64,000 nucleotides of DNA from Octopus sinensis (Eukaryota). Position 1 is the first letter of the stretch, and every line of letters begins with the position of its first letter. A program made the translations under genes and the position numbers. The stretch is from contig NC_043014.1 of assembly GCF_006345805.1 (NCBI RefSeq), forward strand, positions 33,914,001 through 33,978,000, in the 5' to 3' direction. The notes beneath the pieces were generated by a model. That model searched no databases and was not told the DNA's origin. It was given only the letters and a program-made list of their open reading frames with translations. This document shows positions 12,676 through 26,669 of the stretch, piece after piece.

Positions 12676-13752
12676 CATCATCATCACTACAAGAACTAGA
12701 GACTGTTTTAGCTGAAGAATGGACAAAAAGTTATTTTGGAAACAATTCAAACTTTGTACAAGTCAATACCTCGTAGAATTCAAGCTGTAATTACCGCCAA
12801 AGGTGGTCCTACCACATATTAAAATAAATTTGTTCGAAATTTTAAGGTGTTTCCATTATTTTGTCCAACCCCTGTATATATATCATTCACCATGCTGGAC
12901 CGCTGAAATCTACAAGTTTTTCTCATTCCCTCTCTCTTTATTTTCTCTTATTCCTTTCTGTTGAAGACTTTTTCATTTTGCTGCAGGTCAAACTAATACA
13001 CTCGCTTGTTGTTCATACCCCCTTCTTCATCTTTTGTTTTTCTATATAAATATATATATATATTATATATATATATATCATTTTACTTCTTAAAAATTTA
13101 ATTGTGGTTCAATAATGTTTATAAAAGGATCATGCACAACAGAGTGGAGTTGAAGTGTTGATATGCTGGGGCCAGGTTGTGGAAAATATTTGACTCAGAT
13201 GAGTAGAATTTCACTGAGCAGGTTCATGTTTGAAATTAAATGATTGTCTAGGTATGGCTGTATGGTTAACGAGTTTGCTTTGCAAACATGTGGTTTCAAG
13301 TTCAGACTCACTGCACAGCACCCTGGGAAAGTGTTTTCTACTATAGCTCCAAGCCAACAAATAACTTATCAGTGGGTTTTGTTAGTGGAAACTGTATGGA
13401 AGTCTGTCACATGTTTATGTATACCTTACATGGAAGGGTTTGGCAACAGGAAGGTCATCCAGCCATAGAAAATCTGCTACAGCAGATTCCATCTGACCCG
13501 TAGAAGCATGGAAAAGTGAATGTAAAAATGATGATATAAATATATATAGACAGATAGATACACACACATACATGCACAATATATAGCTGAGTTGAGCAGT
13601 AAACAACCCTACCCATACCATTTCATTTTTCCTTTATTTAGAAACTATTTTCATAATTCTTTGATTTGTACATTAGACATTATATGTATAAAAAGAAAAT
13701 AAATTCATAAATTCAATCCTTTTCACTTTATTTCCCTTCTCCTCGTAATCCA

Positions 13753-13838
13753 CTAACCCTAAACTCTATACCATAAACCTAAAAACCTAACCTTAAACCC
13801 TAACCATAAACTCTAACCCTAAAATCCTAACCTTAACT
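13753..13838. repeat. Degenerate telomere-like (CCCTAA)n tract
   Basis: ctaaccctaaa / cctaacctt / ccctaacc units over about 85 bp. Confidence 0.65.
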
Positions 13839-15164
13839 GCAAACCTGATATTTTCATGCATGACAGTAATCTCCTAAGTTTAATAATGTAATTATGAAAA
13901 CCATTTGAGAACAAGCTGTCAAAAACAGAAATATTACTTGATGCAAACACTGAAATGGGGAATTTAAAAGTTGATAATGAATTTTTTTAAAATAGTATTA
14001 AACATTTACTTTTTTTATGTTTTTCAGAATCATAAAGACATTTTTCTCCAAGTGCAACACCAGTGATTTGTTAATCACTGTTTTTCTATATCAGTAGAGG
14101 TTAAATTTATCTAAGCATGCAGTTGATATTGGATACTTGCTATTGACTTGTTAAGGTTATCGCTACAGTATCTTCATTTAAAATGAGGGTGAAAAATTGG
14201 ATATTAATTTGATTAACATCAATTTAAAACCAGTGGTCTAGCATATTAAAATCTGAAGGTTCAGTAAATTGTATTACATACATATGAGAGGGATGACCAC
14301 TATGTGGACAACCCTTATGCTAGAAGTAGATCCGCTATGGTCTTACCACTAAGATATGTTCTCAAGAAAATTTAGCAAACACCAGAACGTAAGCAAGCAA
14401 GACAAATGAAAAGTAATAGATATATAAATTAATCACAAACATGTTTCACTATCAACAGATTATGTAATTTTACTTATGCAATTTGTCCATAGATCTTCAG
14501 TATGATCGTCAATGCAAATATAATTTGCAGAACTATACACAAAACGTCCGCACGAGGTCAGACATGTATCTAGTTCTACCTATTACACTTGTAGTTATTT
14601 TTCAAAAGTCCTCGTTTTGGCACACTAAATTACTGGAAATAGTACTGCAGAAAATAATTCATTGCAGTAGCTTTTATACAGTATTTTCTATAGAAATTAT
14701 AGCCACCACTAATTCATAACAACATAACAAATCAGTGCTGGCTATAATTTCCATAGAAAATCTGTACAGATAACCTTAACAAGTGATGTAAAGCACACTG
14801 CTAAACCAGGAGAACAGTACTGACTTTAAAGTGTTTGATATACTTTGTAGTATATTATGGTTGCATAATGAAATAGTGTCCCTACACATTATTAATTTGC
14901 TATTGATGACACTCAAAGAATCAGAAATCTAGATCAAGCAATTCCACTGCTGGACACTTTACGTCTGCTACTGATATTCTTCTGTGCTTTTTAGCACTAT
15001 ACATCTACAGCAGATGCTTTCTCAAGACAAATACTGCAGTTTTGTGGTTTTCTACAGTGTATCCACATTAAATAAGATATACAGAATATTACAGATAATA
15101 GAAAATGTTAGGTAGCTGGGGTTCATATTGCACAACTCTGCTAAGACACATTCATCATCATCAT

Positions 15165-15820
15165 CAGTGTCTGCTTTCCATGCTGGCATGGGTTGGACAA
15201 TTTGACTGAAACTGGTAAGCTGGAAGGCTGTACCAGGTTCCAATCTGATTTGGCATGGTTTCTACAGCTGGATGCCCTCCCTAATGCCAACCACTCCAAG
15301 AGTGTAATGGGTGCTTTTAATGTGCCACCAGCAAGAGGTGCCAGTTATGTGGCACCAGCATTAGCCACAACTACAATTTCATTTGGCTTGACAAATCTTC
15401 TCAAGCATGGCATATTGTCCAAGGTCTGTCACTTATCACTTCTGTGAGGCCCAATGTTCAAAGGGTGCTTTCTACATTCCACCAGCATGGGTGCCTGTTA
15501 CGTGACACCAGCATTGGCTACAACTACGGTTTTACTTGGCTTGACAGATATTCTCAAGCATAGCATATCACCAAAGGTCTCAGTCACTTGTGATTGCCTC
15601 TGTGGGACCCAACATTCAAAGATCATGCTTCCCCACCATGTCTTCTTGGGTCAACCTCTTCCACAGGTTCTCTCCTCAGTTAGAGATCAGCACTTTTTTA
15701 CACAGCTACCCTCATCCATAAACATCACATAACATACCAGTGTAGTCATCTCTCTTGCACACCACATTTGAGGCCTCTTATGCCCAGCTTTTCTCTCAAG
15801 ACGTTTACACTCTGTCTTAT
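15165..15820 (-). mobile_element. Degenerate RTE LINE 3' end
   Basis: Reverse complement matches the ORF C-terminus (LREKLG..CGVQER) plus the 3' UTR ending at the (cat)n tail. Confidence 0.75.
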
Positions 15821-18160
15821 ATATTAATTTGAAATATATATTCCATTTAACAATAGGTACAGACATGGTTAAGCGATAAATATCACTTCAGATATTGAAA
15901 GGCGGTGAACTGGCAGAAAAGTTAGCACGCTGGGCAAAATGCTTAGCGGTATTTTGTCTGTCTTTACATTCTGAGTTCAAATTCTGCCAAGGTTGACTTT
16001 GCCCTTCATCCTTTCAGGGTTGATAAATTAAGTACTAGTTACATACTGGGGTCGATCTAATCAACTGGCCCCCTCCCCAAAAATTTCAGGCCTTGTGCCT
16101 AGAGTAGAAATGAATATCATTTCAGATATCAACTGCTTTGGGGTTCATTCTACTCAACACCATCTTAAAAGCATTTCATTTTTTTACTTATATCAGTCAC
16201 TGAACTGCAGCCATGCTGGGGAAACAACCCAAGTACTTACTTTCTTTCTCCTTTTTTTTTTTCAGCCTGGTACTTATTCTATTGGTCTCTTCTGCCAAGC
16301 CTCTAAATTACAGGGACTGTAACACTAGTTGTCAAATGGTAGGAGAGACAAACACAAAGACATACACACATATACATAGATGTATATATACATATTTTCT
16401 TAGATGTATATATATATATATCATCATCATCATTTAGCGTCCGCTTTCCATGCTAGCATGGGTTGGACGGTTCAACTGGGGTCTATGAAGCCAGAAGGCT
16501 GCATCAGGCCCAGTCTGATCTGGCAGTGTTTCTACGGCTGGATGCCCTTCCTAACGCCAACCACTCCGTGAGTGTAGTGGGTGCTTTTTATGTGCCACCC
16601 GCACAGGTGCCAGACGGAGCTGGCAAACGGCCACGGACGGATGGTGCTTTTTACGTGCCACCGCACCATCACATCTTTCTTTAGATGTATATACATATAT
16701 AATTTTTAAAGAAAGATCTTTTTTGAAGCTATTAACTATTTTTTTTTTATTATTTAATTACATAACGTTTCTTTAGATAGTTAACAACTTCAAAAAATTT
16801 ATTTCTTTAAATATTATGGCAGTGACTGTCTCAGATGATATCATGTGTTTTTGCAAAAACTATATATAGGAAGGGCTCTCACATCATTTCCATCCACCAA
16901 ACTCACTAGGTATTAATCAGCCAAGGGACTGAACTTGAAACTACATAGTTTCAAGTGAGCTTCTTAACTATACAGCCATGCTTACTAACATACTAAGTAG
17001 AGTTGTTGAAAATAATATATTTCAGTGCCTTGTCATGTCCAAGGTCACATGAAAATGAAAATGTTTATTTTGTCAACAATAAATGGTTTCTGGGTCAAAA
17101 AGTGAGTTTTCTCCAACAAAGCAAAACTAAAGTAAAACAATTAACAGGAAAATTCCAGGGAGGAATACTATAAAACATCCAGTGTAATATCATTAATAGT
17201 TTCAGATTTTGCCACAAAGCCAGCAAGTTCAGGTGGGGGTAAGTTAATTACATCAGCCCCAGTGCCCAACTGGTACTTATTTTATTAACCCCCAAAAGGA
17301 TGAAAGGCAAAGATGACCTCCGTGGAATTTAAACTCAGAAAATAAAGACGGACAAAATGTTACTAAGCATTTAGCCCGGCTTGCTAATGATTCTGCAAGC
17401 TCACCACCTTGGAGATAACATCTTTATTCCTAGAAAATTACTATTTTTAAATCTCACAATGTGAGATATTCAGCAACAGTACTTTGGAGTAAAGATTGTT
17501 TGCCAACATACCATGGCAATCCTGGTTTAGGACGAATGTTGCTGTAATTTAGCCCCAGGAGACATCACATATATATATGTGTGTATGTGTGTGTGTGTAT
17601 ATGTTTGTGTGTGTATATGTTTGTGTTCCCCACCCTAACATCGCTTGACAACCGATGCTGTGTGTTTACGTCCCTGTAACTTAGCAGTTCGGCAAAAGAG
17701 ACCGATAGAATAAGTACTAGGCTTACAAAGAATAAGTCCTGGTGTCGATTTGCTCGACTAAAAGGCGGTGCTCCAGCATGGCCACAGTTATATGACTGAA
17801 ACAAGTAAAAGAGTAAACAAGACAACAGAGATCATAATCCTAATAATGTGTACATCAAAAGTTATTTCAAACTAGAATTTAAGTTTAAGATCAGAAATTT
17901 TAAGGAGAGAGGATAGAAAATATCATTGACACAGTTACCTGATTGGCACTGTGTATTTTTATCAACCTCACAATCATGAAAAGCAAAATTGGCTTTAGCA
18001 GGATTTGAACTAAGAACACAAAGAACTAGAACAGTTACTGCAAGGCATTTTGTCTGATGTTCTAAAGTTTCTGCCAATCTAATCTCTGCAAAGGGAAGAA
18101 GAAAAATAATGTCTAAATAACAATGGAAAACAACAAAGGTAAAATAAATGACTATATTAC

Positions 18161-18348
18161 CCGTGCCTGATTTGATGGGTGTGACACCTGGTAGCCCTGC
18201 TTGTACTGAGCCTGTTCACGAGCCAACTGAATCCGTCGTTTCACACGCCATTGATAGAGAAGGTCATTATCAAGGTTGTCTTTCCAGTACTGACTGAATG
18301 GTAGCCCACAGTTGTATTTGTCTACATCAGAGTCTTTCTTTGTTGAAT
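18161..18348 (-). CDS. PROSER3: PROSER3-like exon (STKKDSDV...DNDLLYQWRVKRRIQLAREQA...QAR)
   Basis: Acceptor gatacag|, donor CGG|gtaata, 188 nt, phase 1 to 0. DLLYQWRxxRxxxxAR is the recalled hallmark of PROSER3 (DILYQWRLRRKLEQAR). Confidence 0.85.
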
Positions 18349-18367
18349 CTGTATCACAAACATAATA

Positions 18368-18401
<34 letters not shown>

Positions 18402-19896
18402 CATACATACATATATATTGAAAAATACAAATAAGATGATAATTTATTTTCAAACACGGAAACGCTGTTAGAACAGCAGAAATATTGGGTAAATTGCCCT
18501 TACAAAGAGGAAAAATTTGTCAACAACCAGCCATGAGACTTGAACCCACATTCCTTGAAGACTCTGGCCAAGTGCTTTACCATTAAGCTAAACTGCCAGC
18601 TGACAAATCAATCTGCAATTTTAGATGCTATATAGACAAATGTACAACTACATGTATATAAATATAAACAAACTAACTTTTTTTATAAGCAGGCAGTTTG
18701 GCTTAATGGTAAAGCACTTGATCAGCGTTTTCAAGGAGTGTGGGTTCAAGTCCAATGGCTGGTTGTTGACAAATTTTTCTGCAAATTTTAGTAGGAATTT
18801 TATGGCTAGATACCCTTCCTATATACACACACACGTATGTATGTATACACACATATATATATATGTATACACATATATGCATATACATATATATTTTTAT
18901 ATCCTGGTGTTGGATAAATAATTTAATGAAGCAGGGGAAAGAAGTATTTATACGAGGCACTGTTACTGGTACACAAGGTTAAATTAAACACTTTCTGCCA
19001 ACAGCTCACAGTGAACTGCTTACCCCTGAACTTCTGACAGTGCTTTATTTTATAGCAATGTGCCAGTCCTCTTTCAATCATTTGTGGGTGGTCAGAATCT
19101 TTCCACATCTCCCCTTTTGAGAATTAAACTCCACTCAAAGTTTTAATATCTCTTACACTTAGGGTTCAATTCCAGTGTTTCCATTCTTTTCTGTTTTCTG
19201 GTGCTAAAATGTATAGTTTCAAACTATTTGGATGTTGGTACCTCAAACATGTCATGCAATACTTCCATAGGGATTTCATATCTCATGACTGATTTTTCTG
19301 TGAATCTTTTTTCAAGTTGGTTAATGTCTTTTATGTTTGACATTTTTTTCCTTTTACCAGGAATAACATTCTTCCAATTTATTAAATAAATATATTGTCC
19401 TCCCAGCTTTCTTTACCATACTTATAGGTTTTAAGAAAAATTTTGTCACCTAACTTGAAGCATTTTGAAATATTTTTATTGTTCACCAGGGAGAGAAAAT
19501 AGAAAAAGGTATAGTGGCTAGCGATCTATCATAGCAATCTAACCACTTTACAGCAATATGTATACTGGTACTTAGTATGGACCAACATTAGTGAGGTTGC
19601 CTTACACCACTAGACTCGCTTTCCATCAACATGCGCTATTGCTTGGATGGTGGACTCTTCATATATATATATGCATGTATATCCTCATCACCATATTGTG
19701 TCTGTGTGAGTGTAAAAGAGTTTATATATAAATATGACTAAATGCATATATCTGATTCTACACATGCATGTGTGTGTTTGTGTGTGTGTAGTATTTAAAA
19801 AAAATCATATCAGAGGTTCACAACACATATAAAGGATACAGCAGAATTGAAACCTTTTCTAAAATGCATATGTCATAAAATATATGTGGAAAAAAT

Positions 19897-20303
19897 GCAC
19901 AGGAGTGGCTGTGTGGTAAGTAGCTTGCTTACCAACCACATGGTTCTGGGTTCAGTCCCACTGTGTAGCACCTTGGGCAAGTGCCTTCTACTATAGCCTC
20001 AGGCCGACCAAAGCCTTGTGAATGGATTTGGTAGACAGAAACTGAAAAGAAGCCCGTCGTATATATGTATATGTATATATATGTGTGTGCATGTTTGTGT
20101 GTCTGTGTTTGTCCCTCCAACATCGCTTGACAACTGATACTGTTGTGTTTACGACCCCGTAACTTAGCGGTTCGGCGTAAGAGACCAATAGAATAAGTAC
20201 TAGGCTTACAAAGAATAAGTCGTGGGGTCGATTTGCTCGACTAAAGGCGGTGCCCCAGCATGGCCGCAGTCAAATGACTGAAACAAGTAAGAGAGTAAAG
20301 AGT
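19897..20303 (+). mobile_element. tRNA-derived SINE family B, CORE-like (other copies about 6415-6832, 21558-21971, 46136-46537)
   Basis: Head gtggctgtgtggtaag...ggttcagtccc, CORE-like accttgggcaagtgtctt, internal (TA/TG)n, tail gactgaaacaagtaaaagag. Confidence 0.85.
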
Positions 20304-20580
20304 ATATAGACAAATGCTTATAGAGACAAAAGACATTATTCTAAGCATTATTTTATATCAAACAGACTCCTGATGTGAGAAGCCTATTCCACAGATGCAG
20401 ATGTATGGGAATGTGTTATGAACCACCGATATGAATTTTTAAATACTCTACACACACACACACGTGCACACACACATACACACATATATACACACACACA
20501 TACATATAGTGCATGCATCTATGGGTATGTATGTGAATGATCAAATAAATGTGCATGTTTTAATGTTTTAGTACAACCAC

Positions 20581-20940
20581 ATGTTTTTGTATATATGTAT
20601 TTATATACATATGTATGTATGTATGTATGTTTGTATGTATGTATGTATGTTTGTATGTGTGTGTGTATGTATGTGTGTATGTATGTATGTATGTATGTAT
20701 GTGTGTATGTGTGTGTGTATGTGTGTATGCATGTATGTGTATGTGTGTGTGTATGTGTGTATGTATGTATGTGTGTGTATGTGTGTGTGTATGTGTGTAC
20801 GTATGTGTGTATGTATGTATGTATGTATGTATGTATGTATGTATGCATGAATGCATGTATATAGGTATGTATGTATGTAAAAAAAAAGTATGTATGTATG
20901 TATGTATGCATGAATGCATGTATATAAGTAAGCATGTATG

Positions 20941-20972
<32 letters not shown>

Positions 20973-21096
20973 CATGTATATAAGTATGCATGTATGTATA
21001 TATGTATGTATGAATGTATGTATGTATGCATGAATGCATGTATATAGGTATGTATGTATATATGTATGTATGTATGAATGTATGTATGTATGTATT
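20581..21096. repeat. Long (ATGT)n/(GT)n compound microsatellite
   Basis: About 500 bp of tatg/tgtg units. Confidence 0.95.
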
Positions 21097-23049
21097 CGTG
21101 TCCCCTTTCCCCTTCCTCCCTTCTGTTATGTACACCAAATGGTGATCTGTGATAAAACATACATTAAACTCAAGTTTAATTTAACTGAATCCCATTTTCA
21201 TTAATAATACCCTTAAACTTCCTTCACTTCTCCTTCCTTCCTTCTAAATCTCTTCAACTAATCTCAAGATGTGTTTATCCTCGTTAAGTGCAGGCCAACA
21301 GCTGCAATTAATTATGTTCAGTCTTAATACTACTTAGATTAGTGTATATGAAGTGTATGTCTGCATGCGTGTGTGTGTGTGTGTCTGCATAAATTTTACT
21401 TTGTGTGCGTGTGTGTCGTGTGTACTAGTGGTTTCTATTGATGTTGTTGCTGTTGTTGTTTTAACCCCAGGTCAACCCTTAATGCGCAAGCCTATGATCA
21501 AAGGCACTGCAACCATGACCATCTCATTTTTTTAAGGTATCTCAGGCTATATTATCTAACTCTTTACTCTTTTACTCTTTTACTTGTTTCAGTCATTTGA
21601 CTGCGGCCATGCTGGAGCACTGCCCTTAGTCGAGCAAATCGACCCCAAGACTTATTCTTTGTAAGCCTAGTACTTATTCTATCGGTCTCTTCAACCAAAC
21701 CGCTAAGTTACGGAGACGTAAACACACCAGTATTGATTGTCAAGCGATGTTGTGGGGACAAACACAGACACACAAACACACACACACATATATATATATG
21801 CACATATACAACAGGCTTCTTTTCAGTTTCTGTCAACCAAATCCACTCACAAGGCTTTGGTCGGCCCGAGGCTATAGTAGAAGACACTTGCCCAAGGTGC
21901 CATGCAGTGGGACCGAACTCGGAACCATGTGGTTGGTAAGCAAGCTACTTACCACACAGCCACTCCTGTGCCCTTATTTTCCTTACTTTTTTATGATGAT
22001 AGATTGTGAGTTGAAGATTTGGCTGCTATTGCTAGCAGATCAAGCAAACACAGAGATTCTTCACACTTCGTTATTGATGATGGTGACAGTGATGATGAGG
22101 GGGTAGAGGTGGTGGTGGTGGTATAGACAGTTGTATTCTTGTTTATCCCCGATCAAGCAGACCTACTCTTATCAAAAAATCCTAGACTTGATCATATTGT
22201 GATGTTGTATATCAAGTATTACATTATCCAGTTTGTCTAGTCGTTTCTTTTATTAAGATAGCAGGGTGCAATCTGATGAAATTTAACTGTTATTTCTGCC
22301 AGGCCAAGTGACTTAGTGGTGTTATGTTAGGAAACATGGGAAAATACTCAATATATCAAACTGAAATTAATAAGTATCTGTGTGGTTGCAAAGACTGCTT
22401 CCAACCATATGGTCATAGGTTCAGTCCCACTGTGTAGCACCTTGAGCAAGTGTCTTCTGGGATGACAAGTGTGCCGGCTGATTCAATAAACAAAACAATC
22501 TGCTCAAAAAATTAATGTGCAAGTGGCTGAGCACTCCATGGACATGCATATCCTTAATGTAGTTCTTAAGGATATTCAGCATGATACAGCAAATGGATTA
22601 AGGCTGGCCCTTTGAATTACACGTACAACTCGTTTTTGACAGCTACGTGAACTGGAGCAATGAGAAATAAAGTGTCTTGCACAATGTGCTGCCGCGAATT
22701 GAACCTACGACCTATCGATCATGAGCCGAATACCCTCACCATTAAGCCACATACCTTCTCATAATATACCTTGGACTTATTGGATGTATCTTATTCTTAC
22801 TGAAAGACAGTAGGGTGTGACTTACGACAGGTTTGGCTGCTATTTCTGGCAGGTCAAGCAACTACTGTAGAAATACTTCTGTTTGTTGTAGTGGTAATGA
22901 TGGTGACGGTGGTGACTGTGGGTGTTGTTGGTGCTGGTGGTGTACTTGTGTTGGCGATGATGTTTGCTGAGATGGTGGCGGGCATTGCTGCATTGGGTGA
23001 GTTATTCAATTTGATTTTTGATGGTGATAGTAATGGTGGTGGTGGTGAA

Positions 23050-23262
23050 GGCGGCGAACTGGCAGAAATGTTAGCACGCCGGGCGAAAAGCATAGCTGTA
23101 TTTCGTCTGCCGTTATGTTCTGAGTTCAAATTCCGCCGAGGTCGACTTTGCCTTTCATCCTTTCGGGGTCGATAAATTAAGTACCAGTTACGCACTGGGG
23201 TTGATGTAATCGACTTAATCCCTTTGTCTGTCTTTCTTTGTCCCCTCTATGTTTAGCCCCTT
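23050..23262 (+). mobile_element. tRNA-derived SINE family A (other copies about 15899, 30230, 48745, 52533-52892, 54232, 60904)
   Basis: Head ggcggcgaactggcagaa...gagttcaaattcc (A/B-box-like), central gtcgactttgcctttcatcctttcggggtcgataaattaagtaccag; many copies on both strands. Confidence 0.85.
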
Positions 23263-23281
23263 GTGGGTAGTAAAGAAATAG

Positions 23282-23321
<40 letters not shown>

Positions 23322-23398
23322 CATTATTATTATTGTTGTTGTTGTTGTTATTATTATTATCATTATTATTATTATTGTTATTATTATTATTATTATTA

Positions 23399-23452
<54 letters not shown>
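23262..23452. repeat. (ATT)n microsatellite
   Basis: About 60 att/gtt/atc units. Confidence 0.95.
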
Positions 23453-23453
<1 letters not shown>

Positions 23454-23929
23454 AGGCAGCAAGCTGGCAGAATCGTTAGCATGCTGGATGGAATGCTTAG
23501 CGGTATTTTGCCCGTCGCTATGTTCTGAGTTCAAATTCCGTCGAGGTCAACTTTGCCTTTCATCCTCGATAATTTAAGTACCATTGAAACACTGGGATCA
23601 ATGTAATTGACTAGTCCCCTCCCCAAGAATTTCAGACCTTGTGTTTATAGTAGAAAGGATTAATATTATTATTATTGCTGACATAATGTGGTAGAGTGTT
23701 GGATTCCTAGCTTCAGGGTCAATGGTTCTTGTACATTTGTCTGTTAGAAAGCTATGTTCCAAGAACTATGTTAATACTAATAAAGTTGGTTATTTTACTA
23801 AATCAGCCTTCCCTTTTAAAAATTCTTGACTATCTTCAAAATTCATTGAAAAACATATACACATATCAGTGTACTTTCAATAGAAAAGACTATGAAAAGG
23901 ATAACATCAACATCCAGTGATTCCATGTA

Positions 23930-24238
23930 GCCAATAACAAAGATTACTCCACTGACATGTGTACCCTTAACATAGTTCTTGAGGAGATTCAGTGTGACAC
24001 AGAGTGTGACAAGGCTGACCCTTTGTATTGCAGGTACAACAGAAACAAGAAGAAAGAGTGAGAGAAAGTTGTGGTGAAAGAGTACAGCAGGGTTCACCAC
24101 CACCCCCTGCCAGAGAACTTGTGGAGCTTTTAGGTGTTTTCGCTCAATAAACACTCACAATTTCCAGTCTGGGAATCGAAACTGCGATCATATGATCGCG
24201 AGTCCGCTGCCCTAACCACTGGGCCATTGTGCCTCCAC
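23930..24238 (-). mobile_element. tRNA-derived SINE family D (related copy about 22460-22750)
   Basis: Minus head ggaggcacaatggcccagtggttagg...gtttcgattccc; body shared with the 22.5 kb copy. Confidence 0.7.
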
Positions 24239-24474
24239 AATAATAATAATAATAATAATAACTGTTTCTAATTTAGGCACTAAGTCAGCAATTTCTTTTA
24301 GACATAGGGGTTAGTCACTTACTCCAACTCTAGTGCATAACTTTATTGAGACACCAGAAGCATGTAAATGAAAGATGACCTCGGTAAGATTTGAACTCAG
24401 GATGCAAAAAAGCAAAGAATAAATACAGCTAGGTATTTTGTCCAGCACTCTAATGATTCAGCTAATCCAACCAC

Positions 24475-24526
<52 letters not shown>

Positions 24527-25169
24527 GGCCCTAATCCCTAATTACAATTGAATTATATGTTTTATATGATTACATCATTAAGACAAGAAATACATAAAAA
24601 GAAAGTGAATAAGCAAAAAGAAAAAAAAATGAATGTAGTAGAAGTGAGTTGGGGGGGGGAAGGATATAGTCAACTAACTGGTTGACCTTTCCTAACTCCT
24701 GTTAGGGAGGTGGGAAGGAATGAATGAAAGGTAAAGAGTAATCTGGATTTGAACACAACAGGGAGCTAACACACCTTTGGTTACTTCATAAAGCATCTGA
24801 TAAAGTTCTCCGTCACCAACACCCTTGCTGTTACCCTGCACGGGGGTGGGGAAAAAAAATCTGCCCACATTGCTCAATCTCCACACCCTCTCCTCCTCTC
24901 TACCGTCTTCTATGATGACAGTGCTTACAACGATGATGATGATTAATATTAGGGACGATGAGATTGGATGTGGCAGTTATGTTGGTGGTGGTGGTGGTGG
25001 TGACGATGATGATGATGATGACGGTGGTGGTGGCAATGAAGAAAACAGAAAACAAGAAGGAGGAGGAGGAGGAAATAAAAGCTAAATCCCTAATTATAGT
25101 TGAATTAAATATTTTATATGATTTACATCCTTAAATCAGTGGAAAACAAGAAATATATACAACATTCCC

Positions 25170-25236
25170 TTTCTCACACACTCACATACACACACACACA
25201 GAAACTCTCTTACACTCACATATACACAAGTACATG

Positions 25237-25277
<41 letters not shown>

Positions 25278-25385
25278 TATATAATGTACATGTATATATA
25301 TATATATATATGTATATATATAAAATGTATGTGTATATATATACATACATACATACATAAATATATAATGTATATGTGTTTATAA

Positions 25386-25418
<33 letters not shown>

Positions 25419-25425
25419 ATGCATA

Positions 25426-25471
<46 letters not shown>

Positions 25472-25486
25472 GTATGAGTATATATA

Positions 25487-25526
<40 letters not shown>

Positions 25527-26482
25527 ATGTATATATCATCATCATCATCATGCACATACACAAACACAAACACAACACACACACACACATATATGTATTA
25601 TGTGCATATAAATATATATATATACATTATATAACATTTATATGCAATATATATATATATATATATATTGCATATAAATGTTATATAATATATATATATA
25701 TTATATATATATATATTTATATACACATAATACATATATATGTGTGTGTGTGTGTTTGTGCTTGTGTATGTAAATATACCCCTTTTTTTCCAAAAATCTC
25801 ATCTCCTCATTATATAACCATGAAATTAATTAACTGTCGGTCTCATGAGGTTTTGATTGTATAGCTGGTCTTGTTGTTGCTGTTGTTGTTGTGTGGGGTG
25901 GGGGTCATGGATTAAATAGACATAGAAAGAAAAAAAAAGAAAGAAAGTAAGAACAAGAGTTTAACATATCACATGAAATCAAATATCTTTAAGGGTTGCC
26001 AATTATGTATATATATTCCTCATAACAAGTTTATTAGGGCTAAAATTTATTAGGGCTAAAATTGTGCTCATGATGCATTGCTGGAGTTGGTGTGGTACCA
26101 TGTTCGTTGTGGGGGTGGCTGATTCAGCCGGGGTTAAGCGCAAGTAATATAGGTCAGTTTATAACTGTTTGTGTTTTATTTTGTTTTATTTTGCTTTATT
26201 TTGATTTAATATATACTTGCTTTTATTTCCTTTAAGTTCATTAAAAAAACTTGTTTTTTTTTATTTTTACTGTATAAATTTTATTGTGAGTTTTTAAAGA
26301 CAGCAGGGGTTGGTAACAGTTAAAAAAAGGAGCTTAACACTTTAGCACTCAATGGATAACTCAGTTCAACCAAACCTGACCCCTATACAAAAAGAACACC
26401 TGTTTGATCAATCAAGTCCTACCTGGCCTTGTTGGCATGTTACCTTGATCAATCTCTCTCTCATATTCTCTCTCACTCTCTT

Positions 26483-26513
<31 letters not shown>

Positions 26514-26609
26514 GAGAAACTCTCTTACACTCACATATACACAAGTGCATGTTATAATATATATTATATATATATATATATGTATGTATATGTATATATA
26601 TAAAATGTA

Positions 26610-26669
<60 letters not shown>

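Larger units (their letters stand above)
8673..12874 (+). mobile_element. Tc1/mariner DNA transposon, degraded, split by a LINE insertion
   Basis: Perfect 30-bp TIRs CAGGGGTTGGACAAAATAATGGAAACACCT (8673-8702, 12845-12874) flanked by TA. Transposase remnants: MTDLADFQRDQIVG (from 8855), FSDES, QDDNTPIH, *PPQSPDLNIIEHLW, and after the LINE LQELETVLAEEW...RRIQAVITAKGGPTTY*. Frameshifts and stops present. Confidence 0.95.

Noticed and set aside
14400-15060. Low-repeat segment with hydrophobic short frames
   Set aside because: Stops in all frames, and no splice-site pair yields a compatible open exon.
18923-19400. Protein-like minus-strand reading (LWKYCMTC...WKHW...WKDSDHPQMIERG)
   Set aside because: Interrupted by stops, no recognisable family, and not needed for the exon phase chain; probably an old TE remnant.
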